From contig NC_045696.1 in assembly GCF_009834535.1 (NCBI RefSeq), positions 78,928,001 to 78,992,000 on the forward strand: a DNA stretch of 64,000 nucleotides. The letters run 5' to 3'. The notes beneath the pieces were generated by a model, which was not told the origin of the DNA, did no database searches, and worked only from the letters and a program-made list of their open reading frames with translations. This document shows positions 39,201 through 51,449 of this stretch, in pieces (positions within the stretch are counted from its first letter, which is position 1; each line of letters starts with the position of its first letter). A program made the position numbers and the translations under genes. The DNA is from Camelus ferus (Eukaryota).

Positions 39201-41771
39201 TCGTTAATATTTCACAATGTCATGAAAAGTAAATTATTTGTAGTTTTTTCTTTAACTTTACTTTTTTTCCTAGTAAAAAGCCTTGACTCTTCCCTAGATA
39301 TAGTGATTAAATTATCATTTTAAGCACTCCAAGGGCAGGGGACTAGATGTTGCTCACTCTCTCCTTTCCTACTAATAATTGCTGGGCATACAGTGGTAAG
39401 TTTGATACGAATACAATTATCAGCCATTTATTGAGTTGTTAGGAGTAAAATGCTATTGCATTAAAAGTAAAAACAAATTATAACCAATCTGTAATAATCT
39501 TCCTTGTACTGAGTGAATAAGTGATGAGAAAAAAAAAAAAAGATTAGAGATTTCATCTTGAGATCTTTCTCCTCTTTTCAGATGAGAATACAAACGCATC
39601 CTACTCTGCTAGAGACCAAAAGAAGAGGCAGAAATCACATGTTCCCTGCAAAACCCCCACTTGAACAGGGGAAAATTGGTCCCACTGTTGACAAGATAAA
39701 CTAGAATTATATACACACACACACACAAACACATACTCACACATATTTTTTAAGTAAGATAAATGCAAGGGATGATACAGCATGGGGAGCAACTCATTGA
39801 CTGAACACCTTCATGATAGAAAGCGTGTGGCTACGCAAACATTGAGTGTAACACTTTTCATATCCTTAGCAGAATGTTGCAGTGAACGCTAACCCCCATG
39901 AAGGCAGAGACTGTATTTCCTTCATCACACAGTTCCTGGAACTTGGCTGAGGGCTAACATGTGGTAGACATTTGCTGAATGAATGGATGAATGGATGCAC
40001 GTACAATCAATCCTGCCCTTTTTGGTATCATTTGATTAGTTTCTCTCACTGGACCAGAAAGCCAAGAGTATCTTCAGTTGAAAACTCCCACTATTTTCTT
40101 CCCATAGTTTGTTTTCACTAAATAAGTTTTCAGGAAAATGCTCTCTAACCAAGAGATGTAAAGCAGTGACTTAACACACAGTAACGTGTATCCAGTTAAG
40201 TCCTCTGCCATGAAGTTGCACAGCAAGACAATTGCAAGATTAGATGACTGCAGGCTATATTAGTGATTAGTCTGGGCCAGGGCCAAAATGGCCTCTAGGT
40301 CCTACTACAAATGAGTGATGGCCCCTCTTTGGTAATATCTGACTCTAGAGCTATTTAAGGATCTAAGAGGGTTCTGCCTAACACAGGAATCCAACTCCCT
40401 ATCCTAAAGTCCCATGCAAAGCTACTCTCAACAGACCTGCCTGTAGCAGACATATTTACAAATGAAGAGAGCTAGTTTATTCATGGTAAACTGAGTTGTT
40501 TCTCTTGAACCTTGTTAAAAATGTCTTAAAAACAGTATTTCCTCCCTACCTCTAGTAGAATCCTTTTCCCACTTTCCTCTTAATAATCAAGGGCTCTGTA
40601 TTCAATGTTTTTTCTTAAAAAATTATAGTTGGGTAAGTTTCACTATCAGAACAATGTAGCTCTATCTACCCCATACGTGCAAAGTTTTCCCTATATTTTA
40701 TCTGGCTCTGTGGCCTCAGAATTCAATGACCTAAGTCCAACTTTGATAATTCTGAAACACATATGTTTAGCATTAGGGTTCATGAAAACAGGCTTGAGTA
40801 TTCGACTTGGTTCCTTCCTACAGCATCTGAAAAGTGCAGGCAACAAAAGCCAATAATATGATATGTATTGCTATGTATCTTTTATTTTTCTCTTCTGAAT
40901 ATTAATGTGAACATCTCACCAATACATCAGACACATATTTTTGTAGCTTACAGACATCTGCTGTATCCTGTGAGTTGCAAAATATTCAGTAATTGAAGAC
41001 TATTTCAATCTTGCAATTTTGGAATTATTTTCAGATTAAGCAAAGACCAAAGCTCTCTATGTATGTGCATGGCTTTAAGCATACTAAAACAGGACCTAAG
41101 CCATGTTTGGAGAGAAAACAAAAGGAGGGTAGAATTCAAAATTTAAAAACAATAGTCTGCAAATAATAGTCACTTTTCACTTTGTTGAATTTTCATTTCC
41201 AATGATACGCTAATAGTAGTTTCTATTTATTTCACCGGATTTGATCTAGGTCTGAATCATAAAAATGGCTTTTTCAGAAGCTGCTAGTTTAAAATAAGAA
41301 TCACTTATTCAAGATAGTTCTTGATCTGTAAATTTTATGCTACATACTTAGCAACAGATAAACTTCAATTTTTATTTTAAGTTGACCTCAGGGATTGTTG
41401 TGTTATCCCAAAAGGGCAAGGGAAAAGACCCTAGTTCTTGTCTTATCCGAAAGATAAAATTACAGCTGGGAGATGGAGAGCATTGTGTAGCTAAAGATCT
41501 TAAAGGATTTATTTAGAAAACGAAAAGGACACCTCCAAGAACAGGAGGCAGGCTGATCGAAGGAGGAATAGCAGTGGTCTTTGCCCTTTCCCCTATACCG
41601 TCGCTTAGAGGGGATCTTTTGATTGATTGGAGGTTCTTGCCCCTGGAATGCTTAGTCATGTTTGGCCCCTTTGTGCATGTCCTTATCCATGGTATAAACT
41701 TTAGAAAAACCCATGGGGGGCCCAAACCACAATGCTAATTATATTACAATGAGCATTGGGTCATTCCCAGT

Positions 41772-41955
41772 TGTTGGCAGGAGGATAGATTCTTGCCTCG
41801 TGCAGGAAAGAATTCAAGAGTAAGGCATGGTAAAGTGAAAGTAAGTTTATTTAGAGATGCACACTCCATAGACAGAGTGCAGTCTGCCTCACTCAGAAGG
41901 GAAAACGGCTTAGGAGATACACAATCCATAGGCAGAATGTGAGCCATCTAAGAAA
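41772..41955 (-). mobile_element. Inverted copy of the 3' ~185 bp (R/U5) of the MER41-like LTR
   Basis: Reverse complement aligns to 42377-42561 with about 20 differences counted by eye. Confidence 0.93.
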
Positions 41956-42561
41956 CTGGGAGGAAACGGGGCAGGGCACAACCACTGAAGGAATGGCGCA
42001 GCAGTTGAGGACAGGACAAACTAGTTAGAACCAAGATGGTAGAAGACTCAACTTCCAGTAGACCTTGAGCCTCATGGCACATCTATAGGTGCCGTGACAG
42101 TTCTGAGGCTGACCATAAAAGGTCAAAAAGTGGGTGGAGGGGAGCATTTCCTGGAAATCCCTGCCCCTTACACAAAGTAGTTGGAATCATCCTCCTGCTC
42201 ATTAGCATATGAAATTACTGAGCCCATAAAACCTAACAACCCCGCACACACCTCGTGGTAGCTCTCACTCTGTCGCTCTCACCTTCTGAGACGGCTCACA
42301 CTCTGTCTATGGAGTGTGTATCTACTTTTACTTTAAACTAAACACCCCACATCTCTTGGCTTCTCTCACTCTCACCTTTCTGAGATGGCTCACATTCTGC
42401 CTATGGAGTGTGTATCTCCTAAGCCATTTTCTCTTCTGAATGAAACAGACTGCATTCTGTCTATGCAGTGTGAATCTCTCTAAATAAACTTGCTTTCACT
42501 TTACCATGACTTGCTCTTGAATTCTTTCCTGCATGAGGCAAGAACCTGTTCTCCCCCAACA
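41952..42561 (+). mobile_element. ERV1 (MER41-like) LTR, essentially full length
   Basis: Collinear with the solo LTR at 52237-52837; three internal copies of a ttctgagacggctcacactctgtctatggagtgtgtatct-like unit; AATAAA at ~42483; ends ccaaca. Confidence 0.9.
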
Positions 42562-43739
42562 CAGTTAAGTCCTTCTCACTACAGAGCAGTTGCAGCTGTT
42601 GGGTTCTAAACGGTTTCTTGCTGCCACTCATGTAGAAGTAAAGTCCCTTTATGCTGGAGGCAGACATAACACCGTCTTCTGGACCACCTTCCCTCTCCTC
42701 CACCTGTCTTCCTGGTGCCCACACTTACTTAACAACCTAATAATTGCAGCACTGGATCCTGTACTCCCTAGTGTCTAATAAGCCATATTTTGAACCCTGT
42801 AAGTGTGTACATTCTGTTCCGTGCAAGATCTGGAGATGATAGAATATAGTTTTAAAAGTTAATACTGTTAGAAGTTTAAACCCATTTATCTAGAACTACA
42901 GTAAACATTAAGACTTGCTTTTTCAAAAGTACATCTGGATTATTAACAGATATTGTTAAAACATTTAGAGAGTTAGAAAAATATTTGCTTTAAGCCATGT
43001 ATTCTCTAGGCAACTACCCCCATCTAAGCATATTTAACACTGTTTTCCTTGAGAGCCTCAACCTGAAGATATGGAAACAGGATAAGATCTGGAATCTTCT
43101 ATGATCTGTGAATGTTTTAACTTCTTGGCTGCTTTTTCTTTGGTTTTACATTTCTTCCCTTCTGACATACAATTAATGTTATTTACCACATCACCTCTCA
43201 GAAAATTCTAATATCATAAAATCCTTGTTTTCATATGGAAATCAAGGAATGGGACTGAGCTGACATGAATAGGAAAGTGGATTCATTGGCAGTAGGTGAG
43301 TAGAGCCTGAGATGATCTTGAGAATCTGTGGCATCAAGAATTCACAGCAAGCCTGAGGAGGGCGCTGGACTTTCCAGAAATCACGGACTAGGGCTTGAGT
43401 CTAACTTATCTGTGACCAGAGGAAGTGATTCTAGCAGATTTTTGGATTCCACACTTAGTCAACATTCCCTATAGTTCTCTGAACTTCCATGCCCTTTAAG
43501 CAAGCTCATCCACTCCCTGGGCAGAGAGCACTGTCTTAGACGTGGGACACATCAATCATTTGTGAGATTGAATTTCCTTGTTGAGATCACTTAAAATAAT
43601 CTCCTTACTGGATAAAGAACAAAATCATTTTCCTGACACCTGAGACAGTGACTGAGCCTACTCTGAACACTTTTAAGCCCACTGTGACTAGTAGTACCTT
43701 GAACTCTGGGAAGTGCTTAGTAAATGTTTATTGATGATT

Positions 43740-44700
43740 CATCCAAAAGGTTCCAGAAGCTTTACAGGAAGTTATAAACAGGCTGAAAAAAAATCCATAA
43801 ATCCCTCAAGACAGAGCCAGATTTAAAGAGTATTCAAACTATTTTCTCTGAAGCAGTTTTGAAAGAAAAGAACCATGAAAGGAAAATTCTAAATATCGTA
43901 TCTTTATGATAACGTTTTGCAAATACAATCAGAATGCCAAGTATTTATATAAAGGGCTTGGCTTTTTTTGATCTCCTGGTTAAGGTGGTTCCCACCAGAT
44001 TTCTCCATAGTAAAGTTATGTCTTCCCATTTGCAATTAACAAGTAATCTGTATAGTAATATCTTAAAACCATGCAATGATTTTTTTACCTCTTAACTTTC
44101 ATATAATGGTTTTAGCATCCATTGGTGATCCATGTCTGAATCAATTGTTTCACAGGGGATTACTCAGCACTTTTTATTACTTTCTTAGATACAAGCGATA
44201 TCCCAGAGGAAGAGTAAAGAGGAAGCCAAACCATTAGTAGAAATGTTTTGTCTTGAACTCCTTTGGAAGCCTCAAGATCAGCATGAAAATAAGCAGAACA
44301 GATGGACGATGCTGACTACACAATAGAACGTATTTGTTTCTATGGAACCGATATTTAAAAAAATAGTTCAAAGATTTAGGGAAGTTTGAAGAGGATAATC
44401 TTTTTGTCATTTTACACTACGATGGTCTTCATCAGTTGTTGGTTACTTACTCTAAGAGAATCTGGAATAGTTTGATAACAAGCATATTAGAATCATCTAC
44501 CAAGAAACAAGAAACATAGGAGGGGAGAATCACATAAACAGCAAATACCTTTGAAGTCTGAATAATAAGATCCTTAAAGTACCTTAAATTAGAAAGACCA
44601 AAGGATATCTTCAAGAATGGAAAGAAATCCTTAATTTCTCTAGTTCAGACCATTTTAACACTTTACGCAAATTAAGGATTAATGAGTACAAAGGGATGGG
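43740..44700 (+). mobile_element. Decayed RTE-clade LINE reverse-transcriptase remnant (MamRTE1/L4-like), split by an old L1 fragment
   Basis: Collinear frameshifted peptides VPEALQEVINRL, FSEAVLKE, LRY..DI..SKEEAKPLVE, LKISMK, ICFYGTDI, NTFEV*, KILKVP*IRKT follow RTE RT motif order. Confidence 0.55.
43960..44170 (-). mobile_element. Old L1 3' UTR fragment
   Basis: ccagatttctccatagtaaag...aattaacaagtaatctgt...ataatggttttagcatccattggtgatcc. Confidence 0.65.
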
Positions 44701-44829
44701 AGTTCCTCGAGACACGAAGAAGTGCAGCTCATCTGCAAACCCAAACTTGTGAGTTAGAGCTACACAGTGGTTTAGTCAGCCTGGGATTTTGCAAGCTTAT
44801 TTTTAGTTTTATAATTTAAGATAGAAATA

Positions 44830-45330
44830 TGAAGCTTTCCTTTATTGTCTTCTCTGAATACAAAAATTGGATATGCCATTAGCAGACATTATTAAAAAGA
44901 AAAACAAGGATCACTCCTAACTATGCCTTCCAGACATAATCTTTTCTAATATTTCAGTGTGTATCATTCAAGATGGTTTTCTATACCTATATATTTTAAC
45001 AAAAATACAATAATCTATTACATTGTTTTTGTAATTTGCTTTTTCAGCTAATGTATATTATGCACATCTTTTGTGTCAGTAATACAGTTCCATATTATCA
45101 CTGCAATGATGGAAACTATTACATTGTATAGACGTGCCATAATTTATTAAATAGTAATCTGTTGACGGAAGCAAGGCATTACCAGTTTTCACTGTTGTGA
45201 ACAATACAGCAGTGATCATTCCCATACTTCAATTTTTGTGCATTGCCCTATTATTTCCATACAAAATTTGCAGATGCAGAACTGCTAAGTCAAAAGATAT
45301 ACATTTAAAGACAAGTACTGGCAATACATT
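44830..45330 (-). mobile_element. Old L1 (L1ME-like) fragment
   Basis: acattgtatagacgtgccataatttatt...ccagttttcactgttgtgaacaatacagcagtgatcatt. Confidence 0.7.
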
Positions 45331-46189
45331 TTCAATCTACTTATTGAGACATATTTGGCTGTCTGTTTACTGTTGTCTAAATCTGACTAATCTTATTTTG
45401 CCTAAATCTAGTTTTTAGAACATTTTCTTACATATATATTAAATTCTACAAACGTCCCAGAAAAGTAGGTATGACATCACCTTCCATGGTCTGTTTGTTT
45501 TGTAAATATCTTCATCTTCTAGTAATCAGAGGCATATGAAGCCTCTACAGATCCCCGGGCTACTAGGTGGTATATTACAATGAGAGCAAGTCCTAACGAA
45601 TTCTTTCACACAAGTTGATTGGCAAGCAAACATAAATGTTGTCATGCATCCTTTTCTTGTAAGTTCAAGGGAGCCTCCACTCTGTCCTGAGGAACTCTGG
45701 GGAAAAACTACGCATAAAAGTTCTTTCGCATTCACATCATAGGCAGATGCAGCAAAGGCGGGGCCAGTTAATTCTTAAGATGAGTTAGGCAACAAATTGC
45801 TCCATGAAATGGGTACCAAGTGGATACCCAGACTTGGGAACCATTTCTGAAGGTATTCTTTATATTTTAATACCATACTTAGGAAAGGGCAGTGATGTCC
45901 TTACCACCTTTCTAGGAAAGGACAATTTTTAAACACCTGTCATTTTACTGTATAGATTTCTAACATTCCTCATACTAACTGACTGCTGTTAGCAGTATTT
46001 TTATTAGCAATATTTAAAGTGTCTACACAACCACCTTGGAATGCAAATTCCTAATTAGGGCCCTTCAAGCGTTAAGGAACAGATGATAGTTTATTTAAAC
46101 AGACACACATACACACACATTATACTGCTTATACTAGAGTTTTTAAAAAGAAAATTATTCTCAGGATAATATAACAGGTGTCATTATTT

Positions 46190-46350
46190 ATCACCATTGT
46201 TATTAATACTACCATTACCATTCCCATTTTCCAGATAAGAAAACTGAATCTCAGAGAGTTTAAATAATTTGCTCCAAATCATACAACTAATATGTAAAAA
46301 AACTTTATGGCTGTAAATCAGAATTCTGCTCTGGACTTCCATCATCCACA
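46190..46350 (-). mobile_element. MIR SINE
   Basis: cccattttccagataagaaaactgaatctcagagagtttaaataatttgctccaa. Confidence 0.75.
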
Positions 46351-47935
46351 ATAAAGGAATAAACACAGTGGGTTACGTAGTTTTCCCATGGTTAACCGAG
46401 AACCCAGAGGACTAACAGAAATGTGTGTGAAAACTTTTTATTAATTATTGTAGACAATGCAATAGACAATACACGTGTTAATAATGGTTTAAGCAATGCA
46501 GAGATGTTCCCATGGGCATTTATTTCCTGCATTGCCTAAGAGAAAGGCAAAAGCATCATGAGAGCTACATGAGGAGTTAAAGTGCAAGACGGTGCTTAGC
46601 AGCTTCCTGGTGACCTGGCTTAATACAGAGGCAGAGCTTAACAAATGGAGGATCAGTATGTGCAATATACTATCTTCTCTTTTTACCAAGAGGATATGAT
46701 GAGTAAGAATCACATGAAGATCCTTCATAATACATGCCTACATACAACGTACGCCTAACCCCATGTCGGTTTTTTAAAAAATACTGTCTCAGTGAGCATT
46801 TGGCAGGAACTAATGCCAGACACTATGAGAACACCATTTCCAGCAAGTAGTTTCAGAATAGGTGGTCTCTGCTATTGACTGAAAGATGTCCTGCATACTC
46901 TTAACTTCCAGTATAAAAATAAAATTCTAAACCCAATTTGCTTTATCTTTTCTCATTTCTTTTCCCTTATTCCGTTTTTCCACCTTCATGAATGACTGCA
47001 GCCTTGCTGATGCACTGTCCTGTCCCTTTGCCTTTCCTGTGTGGCTTGCTTCACTGGGCACACCCTCTCTCTCTCCTAGCCACCATCTCCCAACTTTTTC
47101 TTTCATCTTTGTGTCTCCTGCATACCACACTGCCTGACACATCATCGGTCCTCATGATTGGGAATGAATGCCTATATTCATTTTTATTTATTATATCTGA
47201 ACCACTTAGGGTCCTCAGGTTTAGAGCTGCCAGGGAAGGAACATATTTTGGTCTGGAAATTGGAAAAAGATTTAGGGGCATGTGGGTGGATCTGCAACAC
47301 AGTGATTTGACCTCAGGGTATCCCGCCCACTGCCCTGACATTCTCTCTTTTACCTGGTGTGCCCTGCAGCTGCATTCCTTAGGCTAGCAATAGACAGGCT
47401 CCTACAGATGCCGATGGTTACAAGAGAAGGGCTGGATTCAATGACCAACAAAGTACAATCAATGGCAAATCTAAAGACATTGCTTACTTGAAAATTACAC
47501 ACAAACTTTGAATGGCAAATGTGTTGGAGCAGGCAGTGAAAAATTCTACTTAGACCCCTTTTAACTTCCATTTAGGTATCTTATTTTATAAAGCACGTTA
47601 GTTACTTTGTCTTTGTCATGCTTTAAAAAATTATTATTAAATATAAATATTTCTTCACATTCCCAGTGGTATATACTGACATAGTCTCCAGTTATTGGCT
47701 GGGGTCCCTAACTCACGCTGATGTCTGGCCATCACAAATTTTAAAAATGTCAAAGTCCTCAAGGAACCTAATAAGATCTTCTTAACCCAAGTGTCATATG
47801 CATCTTAACTACTAAATCCACCTTTGGAAACTTGGAAAAATTCTCACCTGTTCCTGAATGTATGCAGGTTGTGGTCTGTGAATATTTGTATCCCCCACTT
47901 TTTATTAGATACAATGGAATGCATGAATGTGTGCA

Positions 47936-47937
<2 letters not shown>

Positions 47938-47969
<32 letters not shown>

Positions 47970-47977
47970 TGTGTGTG
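47938..47977 (+). repeat. (TG)n microsatellite
   Basis: Seen directly. Confidence 0.97.
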
Positions 47978-50900
47978 CGTTTTACGTACCTGGTTGGGGA
48001 GCAGGAGGAACAGGTGGTGTGCTGAAACACATTTATTCACCCATTCTGCACCAGCTGTCTGGGATTCTTACCTCTTTAAATTCTGAACCAAAAAATTGAT
48101 TGTTTGGGCCTCATCATTTCTAACTCTTGAAGGTACAGAATAGAAAATTTCCAGGGCAGACCGAGACTTCTGAAATCAAATGAGGGCTTAATAAGAGTGA
48201 AAAGTCATCTACTTTTGTATGATACTTACCTGCTTGCACTAGGTCTCTCGTCCCCAGACCGGACGACAGGCTAACCACACGTGCTCAGACCTGTTTGGAT
48301 GGAGGATTATTCCCTGGGATGCCAAGGTAATATCCTCAGATACAGTGTTCTTTTGCTCTTCACAGGACAAGGACACACGCTAAAAAATAAATTCGTCTTT
48401 AATTTCCTTTGTTTCCTGTTTCTACTTTGATTTCCTGCGCCTGCTGTATTTGGCAGGCAGACACACTTTCCAGATGAGGCAGTGAGGAGGGCAAGAATCA
48501 GGACATGCTTTGTGATGTTCTTTTCGGGCTGCTTTATGGCAGCACCATATCTAAAGAACCCAGCCTTCCTGAATGTCCAGGCAGGTGGCTCCTTTATGAA
48601 GCCCACTGAAATAGCTCATCCCAAAATGGACAAGTTACAAGCTACCGACTGAGCAAGTAAAAGCCCAGCACTCTGGGTTCTCTCAGGTCAGTCAGTTTGA
48701 CTAAATGTACAAAGACAAGAACTACACTGACTCTGGGGCTGCTTTTAAAATGGGTCAATAAATAATCACCATTCAATCAGAACAGCCGTGAAGAGACTGG
48801 ATGTATTTAGAGGCAGTTCAATGGAGGTGAAAGTAACTTTCTTTCCATTTAACTGAGCTGTTGTAAGGACCAAGTGAGAATCCAAAAGAAAATGTTTTGG
48901 AAAGCGTTAAGTGTAATTCCTCTCTATCCTACACATTCTTTTCTATTATTATTTTACTGCTTTTCATGATTCCAGCACAGAGAAGCCAGAAATAGTATTT
49001 GCATTGCTACCCTTTACAAAATTATTAGAAATGAATTCCCTCTTAGAAGTCAAAGGCAGGATGGGTAGTTAAATGATGGCTCTCAGGTCAAGCTTGGTCT
49101 GTAGGTGTATTAGATCAAAACAGATTTTTGTTTTAATAGGACTAGTCATCTAAATTAAAAACTCACCATGTTTTCAATGAAAGTTTGGGGTTTCTCTACT
49201 TTATTGAGAAAGTGGGATATTTGGAAGCAATGGTCTCTCATTTAGCATTCATTCAGTCAGTCAGTCACTCGCTCAATCAACAAATATTTATTGAGGTTCT
49301 ATTCTGTGCCAGACACATTTCTAGGCATTAAGAAAATGACAAAGTATGGAGGGAAAAATCAGCTAAAAAGGGCAGGGGCTATTTCTATTTACAAGCATGT
49401 GCTATTTAGTTTTATCACAGCCCCTGCCAGCCCTACGTTATATTCTGACTGTCAGGTCCACTGCATTCATTTATTTTAACTGCCTGGTCCCTGTAAACAT
49501 TGGTGTCTGAGATGCCTGCCATACACTTGCAGTTTGCACATAATCACTCAAGTTCTAGAAAGAGATATTTAATGGACTCAATTTATTCATTCTTAATAGT
49601 ACATCAGGGATTAAGTTAGGAAGAAAATCGCTGTCTGTTATTAAATTCAACTCAAGCCTCTCAAGTGTCTGCTACATGTACATTCCTGGAGAGGGCAGCC
49701 GGAATTGAGCCTTGGAAGGAGGGGGATTGCCGCAGTCGGACGCATGGGAGGTGTGTGCATCTCAGGGGCAGGTAGTGGAGCTGGCACGTTTGAAAATGTT
49801 GAAGAGACCAGTTTGGCAGGAGCATGGGCTGAGTGAGGGAATAGCAGTATTTCACAGCCCTACACATGATCCAGAAGGTACTATTGTCACTCTGTCCAGA
49901 AAATTAGCTATCACAGGTAAACAAATCCTCCAAAAATAACGGAAAGCTAACCTAGAACCAAGTGGTTTTAAAATATTATGTTCTTATAATACCTAAATAG
50001 TGGAAAATGAGCACATAGTTGGATCATGTGGTTGTTACTACACTTGTAAAGCTTTGAAAGGGCGAGAATAGAGGATTGAGGAGTTTTTAAACATCTACAT
50101 TGGGACCCACATAAATTCCTGCATACTTGGACATGACTGAACCATTCAGATAACGGTTTGTCATCCAGGACTCCAGCATATTAAGGTTGATGAGTCATGA
50201 CGGGAAAAATACTTGCTAAGCCTTGGCTTCAGTCTCAGACACATTTTTAGCTTGTTCATGTCAAAAATAACCTGTGAAGTCATACTTAGTCCCATGACGT
50301 TTTTGGGGAAAGGATGCTAAGATACACCTTATTATGCACGTGTATAAACTGTACACAACTATATTACAAACAGAGGTTAGCGCAGTAGTTGGAAAGTTAG
50401 AAGGCCAGGCTAGCACCTGACATTTTGTAGTTCAGAAAAGAAAACCTTTAATGTCTTTAGGGGCTGAGAAATCTCCTCTTCACCAACATCCAATTTGCTT
50501 ATTTTCTTTTAGTAAGTGCTGTGTAAATACCATGTGCCTGGTGCTAGATTAGGCACAATGGAAATGGCAGCTCAGAGAAATCACAGAACTTGTTGTCAAG
50601 GAGTTCATGATTTTTCAGGGGTCCAGTTTTCCAATGTGGCACTTGCACAGGTTTAAGGAAAGGCAGAGTATCTCATTTTCTATTCTCTTCTCAGTCTCGG
50701 GGTAAGGCAAATTTTCATTCTCGGGAGTAGACTGGCTCCTAAACTATATTAGCAATTATGATGGGTACAATTAACTGATAAAGAATTTGTTGTCACTTCC
50801 AAGGCCCTAAGAATTAAATCTGATATTTATTTAACCTCACTCCGCACAGCACATTGGGCTGAAGGGGATTCAAGGGAATAATGAAAGTCTCATCTGTTCA

Positions 50901-51214
50901 ACACTTGGCTCATCTGTACCTGTCACTCCACTAGACACTTCATGGACATTATAATTTTTAAACTATGACCCAGGTCTGTCAGACTGCAAAGTCTATTTTC
51001 TTTCCCCTACACTATGCTCTGGTGATTGCCCTTAGCGAACTCATAAATCCAGTGGAAGAGACAAGGCTACCACATACACATAAAGCAACATGAGAATAAA
51101 CAGAATCTAGTTCTGTGGCCTCAGTTCTAATGCCAGAATAAACACACAAGCAGCAACAGCAATAAAAACAACACACCCAGTTCAGGGAAGGGCTGAAGTG
51201 GCAGAATAGAAGCT

Positions 51215-51400
51215 TAGGGCTCTATGTCTCCAGCATCACAAACCTTTGTTTGAAGTCCAGACTTGCCCCTACCCTTTCTAAACCTGTGACTTTGAACTCT
51301 GATGCTCAGTTTCTTCATCTGCCCCTTAACAATAATAGCTACTGCACTGTGAGAATTAAAGCTAGACGTCAAACACACTGCAAAGTGTCTGCCCCAAAGC
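51215..51400 (+). mobile_element. MIR SINE
   Basis: tgtgactttg...ctcagtttcttcatctg...aataatagctac...gtgagaattaaa. Confidence 0.6.
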
Positions 51401-51449
51401 AAAACCTCTGTGTTATTTAATTCAATGGTATTTTCTGCCTCACGTTACG

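Larger units (their letters stand above)
41401..42742 (-). mobile_element. ERV1-type solo LTR (~550 bp), interrupted at 41772-42561
   Basis: Termini tgtta...cctaata; minus-strand AATAAA at 41508-41513; approximate TSD gttg/attg; sequence resumes after the inner TSD. Confidence 0.75.

Noticed and set aside
44170..44330. Exon-like acceptor plus purine-rich open frame
   Set aside because: Stops in all frames; better explained as the RTE remnant
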